From Oikopleura dioica (taxonomy: Eukaryota; Animalia; Chordata), in NCBI GenBank assembly GCA_907165135.1, contig OU015569.1:6000769-6064768 (forward strand): a DNA stretch of 64,000 nt. Reading direction: 5' to 3'. Positions within the stretch are counted from its first letter, which is position 1. Each line of letters begins with the position of its first letter. The translations under genes were made by a program, and so were the position numbers. Under the pieces are notes generated by a model that was given only the letters and a program-made list of their open reading frames with translations, searched no databases and had not been told where the DNA came from. Shown piece after piece: positions 36,638-48,549 of this stretch.

Positions 36638-37425
36638 TTGAGTGGGCAAAAACAAGCAGCGAGGTCAATCCGGGGATGTGAGATTGTTCCTGGCGCGATT
36701 TTCGAACTTCTTGACGGATTTACCAAGCGCGTCCTTTACTTAGAGAAGAGAAATGGCTGCGAAAATTTTTGCCTGCTGGATAATACGCCGGCAAATCGGG
36801 AAGACTTTCACTACGCTTGTAAAACAGAGGACCACTTTAAACAAGTGCAAAGTGCTCTCGGAATCCAGCCGGGATCTATTCACTACCACTATGAACTAAG
36901 TAGATTCAACTGTACTTCGATTCATTTTCTCCTTTCGAGTGATAGAAAATGGTATCAAGAAGCTTTCAAGCAGCTTTGTGGCGGTATTCAAGAGATCTGC
37001 CAACCATGCCAATCATTTCAGCGCGCTTTCTGATGCATTCCGGTTCGATATTGAAAAACCGCATGCGCATTGTGCAAAATTACAAATGAATGATAGAAAT
37101 TTTATTCAGTTTTTACTGCCCTTAGGTACAACGCCCTCTACCCAAGAATATTGCAAGGGGGTTTTTCACGTGTTTTTTTGAAAATCTACGCTTCCCTCAA
37201 AATATGCATTGTAGTGCGTGCAGTTTCAGTGTTAGAAAGACACCGGGTGGCTTCAGTGTTCCGGATCGACCACTAAAAGCGGAATGTGACCACAATTGCG
37301 ATTTTGGCGGTTCGACAAAGCTAAAAATGAGGAGTTGTATTCACTGGCCAGCGCTGGTGGACGCTTGCGGTCAATCACTAAAATTGACAAAATACGACTT
37401 CTTTTCTGAAAATTTCGAAAGATAA
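36638..37425 (+). CDS. Two adjacent unidentified Cys-rich ORFs (36638..37033, 37204..37425), possible novel gene(s)
   Basis: Composition is protein-like (…GCENFCLLDNTPANREDFHYACKTEDHFKQVQSALGIQPGSIHYHYELSRFNC…; …CDHNCDFGGSTKLKMRSCIHWPALVDACGQSLKLTKYDFF…). No family recognised and no splice structure resolved. Confidence 0.2.
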
Positions 37426-38320
37426 ATCAGCTACCAAGAAACGCTTCCACTTTTAAATTTGGCTCAGAGTTAATGAAATCAAGTGTACAACAGATACGGA
37501 ACTCGAGAAGCCAGCTCGATGCAATTTAAGTTTCACGTATTATCTCTCCTTCACCTTTTTCAACCCCAAATGCCAAATCGAAGCGATCGGCCGGTCCATA
37601 TCAAACTGAATTGTCTGTGTACAGCTCTGTTCTAATTCACTTAAATTGCCATTTTAGAAATAAATTTTCATTTTCTTGGGCGGAAACGGAAAGAAAGGAA
37701 CAGTCGTCAAAATCCTTAATTTTTATTTTTAATCAAAACATGCCAAAAAGCACTCTTATGATAGGTGTCTTATTTATCATGCAAACTGCAAAATAGTTCC
37801 CAATTTTCTCAGCATTCTAAGAGTTGTGTTAGTAACTTATTATTCGCGTAAGGCGCCACTTATGAGGGCATTTAAGCGATAACAACATGTTGATTCTAGA
37901 TTTGGTGATGGAGCTGATTTGCGTCTTTTAAACTGAACATTGCTCCTGTGGCTTTGTAAAAATGACCTCAAGTTAGTGTTAGCGCACACAGAAATCTGGC
38001 TGGAGTTGGTGGCGAGCAAAGTCCGAAGTTTTTAAAGCACAGCTTGACGGGAGAACCTTGATGCCACTCGTAAAGAGCTGCACGAAAAAGAACAAACATA
38101 TTTACACAGGAACCGTCCTCAAACATTGTTCGAGATTAGGAAATCACTACTTGAACCGACATCTAACTGACATTTTTTAATTTGCTTTTTTTCACTTGCT
38201 TTAAAATTTTTGTGATCTAAAAGAAGAAACATGTCGCTCGTTAATTAATTAAGAGAGTCACTTCCGGTCAACTTTAAGAAATAACTTACCTTTTATTTCT
38301 ACGAGAAAAAAAACACAAAA

Positions 38321-41300
38321 ATGGGTCTGCGCCGGAGTATCGGCTTCATCTCCGGCAGTGGGTTGACTATTGGTAGGCTTTTGATCCTTCATTTGTCATT
38401 TTTATGTGCATTTTAGGTGCAATGGTTGGCAGCGGGATTTTTATGTCTCCCGGAGAAGTTCTAGGGGCAGCTGGTTCTGTCGGAACGTCACTTCTAATGT
38501 GGGGCACCTGCGGACTCATCTCTTGTGCTGGGGCTCTTTGTTTCTTAGCCGAGTTTCGCTCATTCTTGACATTTCACAAAATGCATGTCTGTTTCCAACG
38601 CTAAACTCTTCCGCAGAGCTTGGTCTAATGTATCCAGAGTCAGGGGGAGCCTATGTTTATATCAACGAGGCTCTTGGAGATCTCTTCGCATTTTTGTACG
38701 CGTGGTCGTCGATTCTCATCGTTCGCCCGGCGTCAGGTAAAATTCCAGAGTCACACTGCTCCGAATTTAAATTCTAGCTGCAATCGGTGCCGTTTCATTT
38801 GCTGACTATATGTGTGAGGTGTTTTACGAGCCAGGCTGTGCGCCGTCGCTTTTGAAGAAGCTTATTGGAATGTCTCTCATTCTCTTCCTTGGAATGGTCA
38901 ACGCCAAGAGCCTGAAACTCTCAAGCCTAGTTTCTCGCGATCAACAACTTTAGTTTAGATCGTTTTTAACCTGAAAATTTGAGTGGAGCCGTCGCCACTT
39001 GGATTGAACGAGCGTATTTTATCTTCGAGATGCGCTCTCGATGAGACCAGGCGTATTTACACCAAATAAAAAGTTCGGTGTATGATTTGACTGGAATTAG
39101 GCTAGCGCGGCGTCATTCAGCGTGCGTTAATCGTATTTGGTTGGAAACAAACCCGCAGAATTAGCTTCACGAGTGAGGAATAAAAATGGGCTCCCTTTTT
39201 TGGTATTCATCCGTTAATGAATTATTTTAGTCAAGTTTATTTCTGTAATTTCGTGCGGGCACAAATTGATCCTCTTTGAACCTATAAAATCGTAAAGAGA
39301 AGAATGTCTCTCTTTTTCTATGGAGATAAGAGATGTTAACCCTAATCACCATTGCCGGCCATCAAAGGCCACTTTCGAAGCTGGAAATGTACTCTTGAAT
39401 ATTCCTTCCGTTGTGTTCCTTTCAAACCCCAGTAACATAATTTTCTTGCTAACTCGAAACGGTGAAAATAAAACGAATGCAGAAACTTTTCCCAGCTGGT
39501 TGAATAATCTATCGACGGTCGGGAAGGTGTTGGCTCTCATAATTATCATTATCTGTGGAATCGTCAACCTGTTCAAGGGCTACACCGAACATTTGCAGCA
39601 AGGTTTCGAGCCAATAGAAAATGACTTCAAAATATCTGTCGGTGAGTGTTTCCTAGTGTAAGGCGAGAACGGACTTTAATATACATTCAGGTGCACTTGC
39701 TTCAGCGTTTTACGCAGGAATGTGGAGTTTTGATGGATGGGAGGCATTGACAAGGCTTTTACAAGAATGAAATAGCATGCACTCACCAATTGAGAATGCA
39801 CACGTCAAGAAATGAAAAAAGTCATTTTCAAAAAAGCCTTCTTTAGAACTCTGTGGGGGAAGAAGTGGCTAATCCTGGAAAGACAAAGTTTTATATCCTT
39901 CATGAAAGGCCGTGTAGACAGTCGGAACAAAGTACGATGTTTAAAACTTAACAAAGAATTTTCCAAGAGTCATTTGAAACACGTTCTAAGATTCACTTTA
40001 GTTTGGAAGTTTCTTTTAGAGCCAGATTCGTAACAAATCTAGAACAGTAAGCAGCACAGCCGTCCCTTTTGTCTCGCCACGGATATAAACGAAATGAAAA
40101 ACGGTAGAAGAGCGATTTATTTATATCCGTTTTAAAGATTCTGTACGTGCTGACAAACGTAGCTTATCTTACCCTGCTTTCGCCGACCCAGGTGGTGTCT
40201 TCGGACGCACTGGCTTTTTCTTTCGCAAGTTTGGGTCGATCCAATCTTTTTAAACAAGTTATAAGAGATGTTTAACCCGTGAAAACGCAAGTACTCGTCC
40301 GAGTTTGCGCTTTTTATGGCCGCTTCCGTTGCGCTGAGCACGTTTGGAGCTGCAAATGGGCATGGGATAATATCGAGATCACTGTGTTTCTATAAAGAGA
40401 ATCGCACTCTAATCTAAGGGTATACTGCTCATGCTGGTAAGAGTTTAGGCCTTTTTGTACCTTAATTCATTCGGCTGGTGCGGCTTATCAGTTTGCGCTA
40501 ATCCGATCTATTGGTCGAAATAATCGCCGCTGCGGCACACTCGTCGAGTTGCCAATAAATCCAAACCGCGGAAACGGACAAACCAAACTCTGCTGTGCTT
40601 TGTATATTGTACGAATATCAGCCCGGCGCTCACTTCTACAATAAAATTCTACGAGTATCCCTTTCTAAAGAAATTGTCTGACTGGAGCGCGACTGACCTT
40701 AGCTGGCGCTAGAAATGGACATCTGCCGCGGATGCTTGCTTATTTGAGCATTACTGAGCGACTGCCGATTCTCTCGGTGATTTTTAACTCAGGAGAGGCT
40801 TGTAAAACAAGAAGCCTTTTTATAAAAAGCTTTTATAGCCCGAGAAGCTCTTTCAATAATTCTCCTCATTCCAGAAAACTCGAATTTCTTAACCCTTGTA
40901 AAGTAAGTCAAGATAAGTGAAGCCAGGGCCGCTGATTACTTCGCAGACGTTAATCTTCGCTCAAAATGCAGCTGCGAACTTTTTGGTGACCGCATTTTTC
41001 AATCTCAAGTTCTTTTTAATTTACCCTGACGCGTGGACTCCTCTTGGGTTTCAAAGCAAAATTCTAGCTTTACGGGCTTCACGATCTGGATATTCTACGG
41101 AATGGCGTTCGCCGCAGTTTTGATTCTACGATGGAAATGTCCCGATATTCGCCGCCGGTACAAAGTACCCCTGACAAAGTTTTTACAATTTAGTCCTTGA
41201 ACTGCACAAATCTCGCAAAATGAGCGGCCGCTCCCTTGATATCGAAAAGTTAAACGTTTTCGTCGCGCATTACTAGAACATAGTGTCGATTCGAGGGCGC

Positions 41301-41650
41301 CGCTTTCCGGCAGAGATCTTTGAAAAACTGGGCGCCAGATACTTCCGATTCTTTGCGCTCTTGTTGCGCTTTTTATGACCATAGGAAGGGGTTTCACTGC
41401 AGTAATATTCATTAAGCAGGTGCTCTGAAACCAGTAAAGCACCGATCGTCGCCAGTCCGGAAATCGAGTATTTAGGAACGCGTTTCAAAACACCTCCTTC
41501 GATGATGCTTTTGACGAAATGCTAATTTAAATTTTTGAATTTTCGAAAAGTTTTGAAATTCGGGAAAACCAGTGGTGTGCGGAATCATTGCTGCCGGCTT
41601 GCTAATTTACATTCCCTTACGGCTGGAATTCGTAAGTTGCATAATTTTAA
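38321..41650 (+). CDS. SLC7-family amino-acid transporter (LAT/glycoprotein-associated light-chain type), at least 9 exons
   Basis: MGLRRSIGFISGSGLTIG|GAMVGSGIFMSPGEVLGAAGSVGTSLLMWGTCGLISCAGALCFLAE matches LAT1 [26 protein letters not shown]…GALCYAELG. Later exons read ELGLMYPESGGAYVYINEALGDLFAFLYAWSSILIVRPAS; AAIGAVSFADYMCEVFYEPGCAP…; …LIIIICGIVNLFKGYTEHLQQGFEP; GALASAFYAGMWSFDGWEAL; VLTNVAYLTLLSPTQVVSSDALAFSF; …AANGHGIISR; and …IWIFYGMAFAAVLILRWKCPDIRRPYK|gtacc (cf. IGMIWLRHRKPELERPIK). Confidence 0.75.
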
Positions 41651-43339
41651 ATAATTACCATCGCAAACAAACTTTTCACAATTCAGCTATTCAAATATTC
41701 ACAGTATATTATAAACAATATTCGCGCAATTTAACCAGCAAAAAACAATTGTCATACTAATGAAAAATTTTTAATCCGCTAAAAAAACTTAAATTTCGAA
41801 TAGAAAACGAATTTTTTGCGAAGAGAAATAATATCGATTATATTCTGATTCTTGGGGCTGCAAGCGCGAGAATTATTCGATTGAATTCGGTACAGTTCCC
41901 TTTTCAAGTACTACGCCCCACTACTGCTTTTTGTCGAGGCAGGTGCGCATTTCGCCAACCGCTATTAGAATTTCGGCAGTGGCGGTAATATTCGCCACCA
42001 GAAGGCGCCAAGCGTCAGCTGTTGCATCAATAAAGAGACAGCCCGAGTTTATATGCCGGCTTCGACGAGGGCTAAGTTCGCCTCATAAATTTCCGTGTTT
42101 CGAAAATTGCCGACGGTGGATTTAAACGGCACCCTCGCGGGGATAAGGAATTTAGCCCCGCTGCCTAAATCACTCCACCAGTCACTGTAAAATCAGGCGT
42201 TTCATCGGCCCATGCTCAGGACGGCCTTGCTGCCTTTTAATTCTTATTTTTAGTCGTTTTCGCTGGGAGTACGTGCAATTAACTGGATAGAAAAGCAATT
42301 ACAGGTTAGCCTACCTTTATATTTTCCAATTTTATTTTGATAAAAATACTATCACGCAGAAGAACGTTTGCCACCGAAACATATAATTTAGCTTCTGCTC
42401 GAGGTAGCACCATACGAAAAGCTAGCCAGCGAGTAAAAGAAAAAAAGAAAGCAGACTTTGAATTTTGCAAATTAACACTTCTGAATAAAGATTGCTGAGC
42501 GGTCCTAACACCGCCCGTGACAGAGTTCTTTGGTCCAGCGCTTCGAAAAGAACAGTTACAGATAATCTAATTAGCCAAATAAACAGCCAGTGCTACTTCT
42601 TTTATCAGCGAAGTTAAGCTGCCCAAAGAGAGTATCTCCGTAGATAATCTGAAATTGTGACACTCTCCTATTTCCAGAATCTATCAAAGCAGATGATCCG
42701 GCACTCGAGCGTATCAGAGGATCTTCCATCTCGAATGTTCATCCTTGGCGCGATCCGTTGCGGCGTCGCGTCACTGTGGCAAGTGAGCTGCAGTTATCTC
42801 GAGTTCTATCTTGGCGGAGCGAGAGTTCAGGGCGAACTGCGCGTGCTGACCTCGCTGCCGAATGCGATAAGACTGCCTTCTGATTTTGCGAGCGTGTGAT
42901 CTGCGTTGCGCCTGTTTACGGGCGCACCCTTGTTCATCGGATTAAAACGAAACTTTGGAAGGCGGTTTTTAGTTTTTGTTTGGTAGCAAAGACAAACTAG
43001 TTTATTGTGTGATGCGCGACAAAAAATGGGCCGTCGGTAGCAGAAGTGATTTTGCGAACTATTACGTAACAAGTTACAAAAAAGATAGATTGTCGAAATA
43101 ATAGATCCCAAGCAGACACAAGTCAAGAAATGACAGAAAAAGTAATGGCAAAGCACGTGAGCCGGATTTAAACGGTTAAAGGAGGGTGGTTGATTATGGA
43201 TAAGAAGAGAGTAATAATATTTATTAAGAGATAGAAGACAGAGTGAGAGATAGAGTGATGAACGGTAGCTGGTGTTGGTCGTTGGTGGGGTTCGATCGGA
43301 TTGGTGCGATAACTGGTGTTTAATGAGATAGTATGAGTG

Positions 43340-43560
43340 ATTACCGCAGTTGGCTTCTGCGTGCCTGAAGCCTAGGGCCGGGCGGACAGAGTGCCCGAAT
43401 CCAGCCACACCTTGGGGCAAGGCACGACCTGAAATTATCACCAGAGCAGGCGGGTGCTGGACGAGTCGGGGCACGCGGCAGAAGCCAGCGTGCAGCTCGG
43501 TGCGGCTGCGTGCGCGACTCCTCCTGCACTCGCCCGCGCTGCTGTGATCCGGGCAAGGTG
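43340..43560. other. ~220-bp GC-rich island with long imperfect inverted repeat (ggcttctgcgtgcc … ggcacgcggcagaagcc) in an otherwise AT-rich intergenic region
   Basis: The base composition shifts sharply. The two arms are reverse-complementary across ~100 nt of G/C-rich sequence. The overlapping ORFs on both strands (43341..43556, 43350..43547) are Arg/Pro/Ala-rich artefacts of GC content. Confidence 0.4.
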
Positions 43561-43949
43561 CATCTTTGCTAAAAATATATAAAATTGAAATATAATTCTA
43601 CTATACAGTAATTTCCATTTCTGACTCGCCGCATGTTGTCTCGCGCCACATTCACTATAGTTAATATGTAAAATATATAGAATTTAATTAATAATAATAA
43701 ATCGATACTGTTAATGAATGCGAACAGCGCGAGCGTTCTAGTGTGGCGCGTCGGACATGTCGTAGTACCATAGCTCCTGTCCAATATAAATCATAGATAT
43801 GTAATATGAAAAATATTGCTCGTTATTGGACAAGAATTATGCTAGTGTGTGGGCTGCGAATAATTTTTTTACAAATATCTGCGAATAACGCATTTTTGAA
43901 ATAATGCGAGTACCACGCGATCGATCGCGTTACAGCAGCAGAATTGCGT

Positions 43950-44300
43950 GTTTTTTGATGTAGTTATAGATTTGATCGGAAATTAAATAGGGTCGTAGGT
44001 TGGTTTCGTCCTGTGTGGTTTTAGTGTGTAGGTTTGTCTGGGTTTGTTTTGATTGGTGCGTGTGTTTTTGGTGGTAGGCTTGATATAATGGTGTGACGAG
44101 CTAATGAACGAGTTTTTTGAACAATATTTGAACTTTTTGAAAAAAGCGAATTGATGAATAAATATCTGTAGTGTGCCTAAAGCGTAGGTTGATATATCCG
44201 GGTTAGCCTAGTGGCTAGTTGACTATAGAAACTGGAACTGTGCGTGGGTTGTTGGTGTTGTAGGCGTCGTTTCTTCAGAGTCGATATAGCCAATCAGATT
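43950..44300. repeat. GT-rich degenerate minisatellite/low-complexity tract (gtttgg / gtgtg / ggttg motifs) immediately 3' of the HS6ST stop
   Basis: Direct reading shows ggtcgtaggttggtttcgtcctgtgtggttttagtgtgtaggtttgtctgggtttgttttgattggtgcgtgtgtttttggtggtagg.... Confidence 0.6.
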
Positions 44301-44328
44301 CTTCGACGGGCTAGGATTCTGGCAGGCG

Positions 44329-47300
44329 CTAACTGCTGCGGAGCGCGCCACCGGCAATTTGTTCGAAGAGGGTTAAAGACGCTGCTTTTTGTTCCTCTGT
44401 TGGTTTCGTTAAGCCCGGAATCGACTTGTACATCTTGTCACGCAAGAACTCGCCTAAAATATTTACGTTTGGTGATTGTTTTAGACGATGCACGTAATGT
44501 AGCGTGTTAAACATACCATAAACGGTCTCAGACCAGGCCAAGTGTTTGCATTTGTCGGTCGGGTGTGGTCGCAGTTTTGCGCCGAGGATCCAGGGCTTCT
44601 TCTTGAATGGCTTAAAAGAAGCGGTGAGAAAGTGCTGGCGTAATTGTGGCTCACCTCGTACGCCTGGATGCATTCGGTCTCGGCGGCTTTCTGCTCAGCG
44701 CGGAAAGCTTCAAGCTCCGAATTCATCTTGTCAACGCCGAAGGCCTCCACGCGCTGCCAAAAGGTCTTGTTGAAGTAGTCGTACAGCTGGTGGTCGGCGT
44801 GGTTCCAGTCCAAGATTTTCTTAGAGAGCTCAGGGTTGACCTGAATTACTTTGTTAAATATATTCACCACCGGCGCATTCGAAATCTTTATGAAGCAGGA
44901 TTAGCGCCACTGTAAGAAAGGAAAATAAAAGAAGAAACATATTTTGGGAAATTCTAGTCTGTCGCATGTCAGTCTCGCGTCCTTTCCCAGGGAGTCTTTA
45001 TACCTCAGCTTTCGCCTCCTCGATTCTCATTTTGAATTTGATGTAAACAATGTCGTCCCAGTCCCAGCAAAGCAGATGCTTCATCAAAATCAGCGACTCG
45101 TCGAAGAAATCGGTAAGGAGAATGAGAGTGAAGTGCTGGTCCATCTGCTGGATCGCCTGTTGCACGTAAGCTTCGTCGTCAGCGCGGTTCACGTCGAATC
45201 TGAAATGCCGGGCTTAGAACGCAAACGTGCAGTTTAATAACGCAGACAATCTAATACTAGCTTGCAAAAAGTGGCGCTACTTTCGCGCCAAGGGCGTCCA
45301 GCTGGGCCCCGTGCACCGAGTCCTAACAGCGAGCCACAATTGTCAAAAGTGGGGATAGATAAAATGCGCGCTAAAGTATCCCGGCTTTGGCGCAATGTTT
45401 CCGCCCGCCGCAAGTTCCTTCACTCCAATTATCACGTGAAGGTCGAACTTTTGCAGAATTATAGCGCGCCGATCAGAGCGCAGGTCGTGACCAGCGGCTT
45501 TGGGTAGAAGAAACGACTAGAAAACGGACAAAGTCGAGAATTAAAAAGAAAAACTTTGAAAGTTTCTCGTCTAAGAGCCTATTTCTGCTTGCTTTGGCGT
45601 GAACTTTTCGAAATTTTATGTTCCATTATTTACTTCCGACGGGAGAAAGCAAGTGCAGTAGCCGCGTGACCCGGAATTAAAGTTAAGACCCAAAATAGTC
45701 CCTTCCTTGGGACCTTCTAACCGGCGCGGGTCCGTTTGTGGCGTAAATATGAAAACTGTGGTTGGCCGAACCCCGCGGGCAGGTGCTTCGCCATACGAAC
45801 GGACATATTCAACTAAGTTTTTCTTGATTAAAATACTATAAACATGTTACGGGTAGTTGCCTCTGCGCGAATATAACAACCACTCGCAGTGGAATTCAGG
45901 CTTTGTGGTCAGACGTACCCAATATCAAAGAACATGTGATTTTTGGATCGGAAGTACCAGTCGGTGTCGCGTTTGAAGTACTTGGTCGGGTCGGCGTAGA
46001 AAGTCTTCAGTCGTTCGGTTGTATTAACATCGCCAAGCCATTCTTCAAAGGGCATTTGGTCCTGGAAAAAGCCAAACACAGACTCGACGTTATCAACGGG
46101 AGATCGAATGATTGTAACGTACCTAAAATATTATTGTTAATTCGCTTATCGCACACTGTCGCAAAACAAATTTAGATGCCCTCCTCGCGCGCTCCAGACT
46201 ATAGTAAACCAGTACTTTTTGCGGAGAAAGCGGGGAGAAAGCTTTTAGACAGCGTGGACAAATGAGACTCTTTAGAAAATCACTCTCCCGGTTTTGATAC
46301 TTGGGGATTAACTGAAGCTCACGCTGGGTCAAGTTGCTCCCGCTTACCCAGCGTGCAGTTTCCACCTGGTTTAAATAGCCTATCTCTAGCTCGCTCAGTT
46401 CGAACTTGTTGTCTAGTTACTTACTTCGTGTCCAGCGGCATGAACTCGTCCAGCTTCCCCTTATTGAATCTGAAGTGATGGCCGAGAACATTGTACTGGG
46501 TGAGTTGAGGGTCGATCAGTTGCTTGTCGATGAATGCTGGGTAGCCTCCCAACTCCCATTTGCCTTCGAGAGGTAGACCGACTGTCAGATTGTGAGTATC
46601 TGAATATTTATTTTTAGAATACGGAAGAGCAAGGTGAAACGGGCGAACCGGGCGGCGGCGCCTTCTCGCGGCCGGAATCATGCGTGACATTAATTCTTAC
46701 CCCGCAAGGAGACAGTTCTACCGATGTTACCGGTAGATACTGCCCTACAATTACGAGTGGGGTCAGTGTTACGACAATGTCCGCGTTTGGGGTTTTATTC
46801 AATGTACTTTTTTGTTAAATAAAACAACTCACCGGCGAAACGCAACATGATGTTGGACATGGTGGAGGAGCCAGTCTTGTGCGTTTTCAGAAAAGCCACG
46901 TTTTTGTAAGGTCCATTTTCGCATGTTGGAAACGTAAACTAAATCAAAAAGTTCACGAGAGTACTGACCAAACTCAATCAATAAGGTCACCTTCCTTTAG
47001 TTTCAATTCTTGTGTTTAGATACTCGCAAATAACTCGATTCGATTAGTAATAACTTAAATCGGGGCGAGTGATTAATTAAGGGTGGAGCAGCTAATAGGC
47101 TTGAAATCGGAGAATAAGAAAGCGGGCTCCGTTATTTTCAGTGTTCACTTTTGTTTGAATCGCTTGACTCGCGGAAGTTAACGGAAATTTGATTTAAAAT
47201 CAGTCTCGTTAGAGCATGTTGTAGTGAACACGTAACTTTTTTTAAACTAAAGATAAATTCTAAAGTGAACTCTTACGGGTGACTAAGTTCGAGAAGGTGA

Positions 47301-47673
47301 CGAAAACAGATGGATGTAAATGTAGCTAATCGCTCTCGAATCATGTGCTAGTGGTTGCTGAAAACATAAAAATTACCGTGCTTGATGAACGTGCCAATGG
47401 GGCGGCGGGAGGTGCTTGGGCCATCATTTGTTGCATCTGTGCTTGTTGTTGGGGGACACGCATACCATTCATGGGGCGCATGCCGGCACCGTAAGGTCCA
47501 TATGGACCGTAGGGCCCGATGTTTCGTACGTGGCGTGTAGGAAGCGCATCCGAAGGTTCAGGGTGGTTGATCGTCCACAAAATATAGGCGCAGAGAACGA
47601 CAAGGGTCAATTTGAAGAAAGGAGGCATCTTGCGAGCTCGAAGCATCGTTACTGCTGTCGGCGGATTTCGCAC
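44329..47673 (-). CDS. HS6ST: Heparan-sulfate 6-O-sulfotransferase, type II membrane protein, multi-exon
   Basis: The N-terminal exon (47341..47673) has a signal-anchor FFKLTLVVLCAYILWTI. Exons 46421..46690 and ~45900..46110 follow. HFTLILLTDFFDESLILMKHLL matches GMAFFGLTEFQRKTQYLFE. LDWNHADHQLYDYFNKTFWQRVEAF matches LNDLDMQLYDYAKDLFQQRYQY. The final exon is reached through a GAG|gtgagc donor and a 44-nt intron that switches frame to PFKKKPWILGAKLRPH…GGALRSS* (stop ~44329). Confidence 0.8.
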
Positions 47674-48549
47674 TATCTACAAAAAATGTTAAAAACATTC
47701 GCTTGTCCTGAGATTCGTGTGAAATCGCGAAAAAATTCGATAGGAGTTAAGGGTACTACCTTCGATTTTCAAACTGGGTTTTATCTTTCATGTTGATAAA
47801 AGTGGGTATAAAAATAGATTTTGCATAAGATTGTGCCGAAGTTTAATATTGATACCTTTTTGAAATTATTGAAAATTCCCGAGATATGGTCTCACGAAGT
47901 TTTTTCGAAAAAAATTTTGGTCTTCGATTTTCTTGACTAAGGGCTTTTCTGAAAGCGTAGAGCAAGGAGATCATTTTGGTGGGCTCTTAATTACTATCAG
48001 ACGTATTTTATAGATTCTAGAGGGAAAAATGTGTCGAAAACTTTAAAATGCACAATTTTCGTAAAATTTGGGAGACACAATTTTCAAAAAAATATTTTTA
48101 GTATTGATTTAGCTTCGATCCAAAAGTCCTTCTTACAGATTGAAATTATAGCTCTATTGTGCAATTAAAAAATTAAAGAAAATCATGTTTTCAGACTAAA
48201 TTCCGAGCTATTCGACCGTGAATACAGTCAATTTTAGCAAAGTTGACCACTTTAACCTAAAATTTAGCCAGTTTTTCGTCGAACAATTTAAAAACTCTTC
48301 TGACAGATTAAAGATCTAAGATAGATCTACAAAGGAAGCCCATATGATTCCCCCTATCATTGACATTTTCTGGGTTATCCAACAATAAAGTTGCGGAAAT
48401 CGAAGGTAGTATCCCTAAAGAAAAGGTTCTTGTATATAAAATATTCTCGAATAATATAAAAAGAGATGAGTTCAAAAATATGAATGCTGATAAAATCGAG
48501 TACGGAGGGAGCAACTCTCTGTTCGCCTCAGAATTCTACCGCAAAACAC

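Noticed and set aside
43261-43320. tRNA-like fragment (ggggttcgatcggattggtgcga)
   Set aside because: There is no acceptor stem or D-arm, and the T-loop consensus is not matched. It cannot be folded into a cloverleaf.
42827-43474. 215-aa minus-strand ORF
   Set aside because: Low-complexity and rich in Cys/Leu/Ser/Tyr. It spans the GC island and AT-rich repeats, has no splice signals, and shows no similarity to anything recognisable. It is a chance ORF across non-coding repeat DNA.
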